A stretch of DNA of 64,000 nt from Octopus bimaculoides (lineage: Eukaryota). Each line of letters opens with the position of its first letter. Within the stretch, counting starts at the first letter, position 1. A program made the translations under genes and the position numbers. The DNA lies in contig NC_068989.1 in assembly GCF_001194135.2 (NCBI RefSeq), positions 36,686,163-36,750,162 of the forward strand, in the 5' to 3' direction. Below are positions 62,860-64,000 of this stretch, piece after piece. Below the pieces are notes generated by a model. The model was not told the DNA's origin and made no database searches. It saw only the letters and a list, made by a program, of their open reading frames with translations.

Positions 62860-63235
62860 AATTCACAAAAAAACAAAAGACGAAGACAGGTGGTGTAGAC
62901 AACAAACAGTTATATTAGTTTAACGCTTGGGAGGTGAAAAAGTCTTTAATGTTTCGAGCCTACGCTCTTCCACAGAAAGGAACACAAAGAAACAAGGAGA
63001 GAAAATAAAGAATGTGTAATGGCTAACGATCTATCATGGCGAATGCCGGACAGAAGAGTCACACAGGAGAGCTAGGAAGAAGGGGAGATAATAAAGAAGT
63101 GGTGATCCCAAAAACGAAGGTGTGCGTGCGTGTGGAAGAGGGCTGGTGACCTTGACGTGTGCATGTGTGTTTGTGTAGGTGTGTGGATGTGGGGCAGGGA
63201 AGTGGTCAGTGCTAGTGTCTGCTTGATCAACATGT
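62860..63235 (-). mobile_element. Penelope-like element terminal fragment with hammerhead-like motif
   Basis: Minus strand CTTT CTGTGGA A GAGC GTAG GCTC GAAAC ATTA AAG at 62979-62944; first ~190 nt shared with 23020-23226; ends in (TA)n. Confidence 0.6.
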
Positions 63236-63700
63236 GTAATCTTTCTCACAGTCAGTTTATTCCGTTTCATGAAATTGAAAATCCATTTATCAGAACATCT
63301 AAAGCTGTTCATTTCAATTCCAAACCTTTTTACCAATTCAAAAGTATATTCCCGTAAACGGTGATAATTTACAATTATATTGTTTGCACGCTGAACAACA
63401 ATCCACTGTAAGAGCTCAGTCTCTAGATCTCTATGTACTGGTTCTCTACCTCCACCAATTGATCTGCACCTCCTCTTGTCTGACATATTGATTAACTCAG
63501 TTTCTTTTGTGCACCATTCTCTCAGTCATTTTCTATAAATACCTAAGTCTCTTGACGCAGCAGATAAATTGCCAGAATATTCTTTCACTCGTTTAATAGC
63601 ACTCAATTTTTCACTAATGGTATATGATCGTTGAACACCTTTTGATATATTTTCTTTCGACTGTATTATTGGGAATAAAAATCCTTTGAATTTATCTACA
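63236..63700 (-). mobile_element. pogo/Tigger-type transposase N-terminal remnant (psq/Brinker-like HTH + CENP-B-type HTH)
   Basis: RSYTISEKLSAIKRVKE..GNLSAASRDLGI followed, after a frameshift, by GGGREPVHRDLETELLQWIVVQRANNIIV...FRCSDKWIFNFMKRNKLTVRKITH; truncated by the Penelope-like insert. Confidence 0.85.
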
Positions 63701-63734
63701 GACGTAGAGCAAATGAACATCTAAACAGAATGCA

Positions 63735-63940
63735 AACAAGAGCACTAACTCTGTTTCCACTTTTAACCACAAATAACCGCCCATGGGCGTTCTAATGGAT
63801 GGGCAGATTTTCGGAGAACCCAGGTTTGAAATTTCCCCAAGACACCTGATGAAGGCTGGAGGGTATATCAGCCAAAACGTGTTAACAACAAACAAGACGT
63901 GGACAAATATCCGTCAATTGTAAAGAATGTAAATATACAT
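63735..63940 (+). mobile_element. Penelope-like terminal repeat with decayed hammerhead
   Basis: GACAC-CTGATGA-AGGCTG GAGGGTATAT CAGCC-AAAAC-GTGTT at 63841-63883; GAAA has become AAAA; followed by (TA)-rich sequence. Confidence 0.6.
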
Positions 63941-63961
63941 GTATGTATATATGTACATATA

Positions 63962-64000
<39 letters not shown>

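Overview
AT-rich, microsatellite-dense animal genomic DNA with 12 N-gaps. The SINE/LINE repertoire and repeat density look like an octopus or other coleoid cephalopod draft assembly (inference). One intact protein-coding gene is recognisable: the 5' part of CCDC61/VFL3 on the + strand, with four phase-compatible coding exons (50057-50216, 55021-55103, 57285-57442, 62324-62429; 169 aa) continuing past the window end. The ORF track misses a decayed multi-finger C2H2 zinc-finger gene on the - strand (~13470-14110). Two CpG-richer, repeat-poor stretches look like promoters (~1100-3470 and ~31780-33540); the second has a GTAAGT donor on each strand. The rest is nested transposon debris: RTE LINEs (one with a PHD finger embedded after the YADD motif), CR1-type LINEs (one with a twin-priming-like 5' inversion), two tandem R4/Dong-like elements, mariner, Tc1 and pogo remnants, a foldback element, MITEs, Helitron-like pieces and several SINE families. 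The most unusual recurring signal is a set of short divergent inverted doublets and Penelope-like ends carrying type I hammerhead ribozyme motifs. One near-canonical hammerhead lies in sense orientation in a CCDC61 intron, opposite its own antisense copy. All calls were made by eye without database searches; coordinates of degenerate repeats are approximate.
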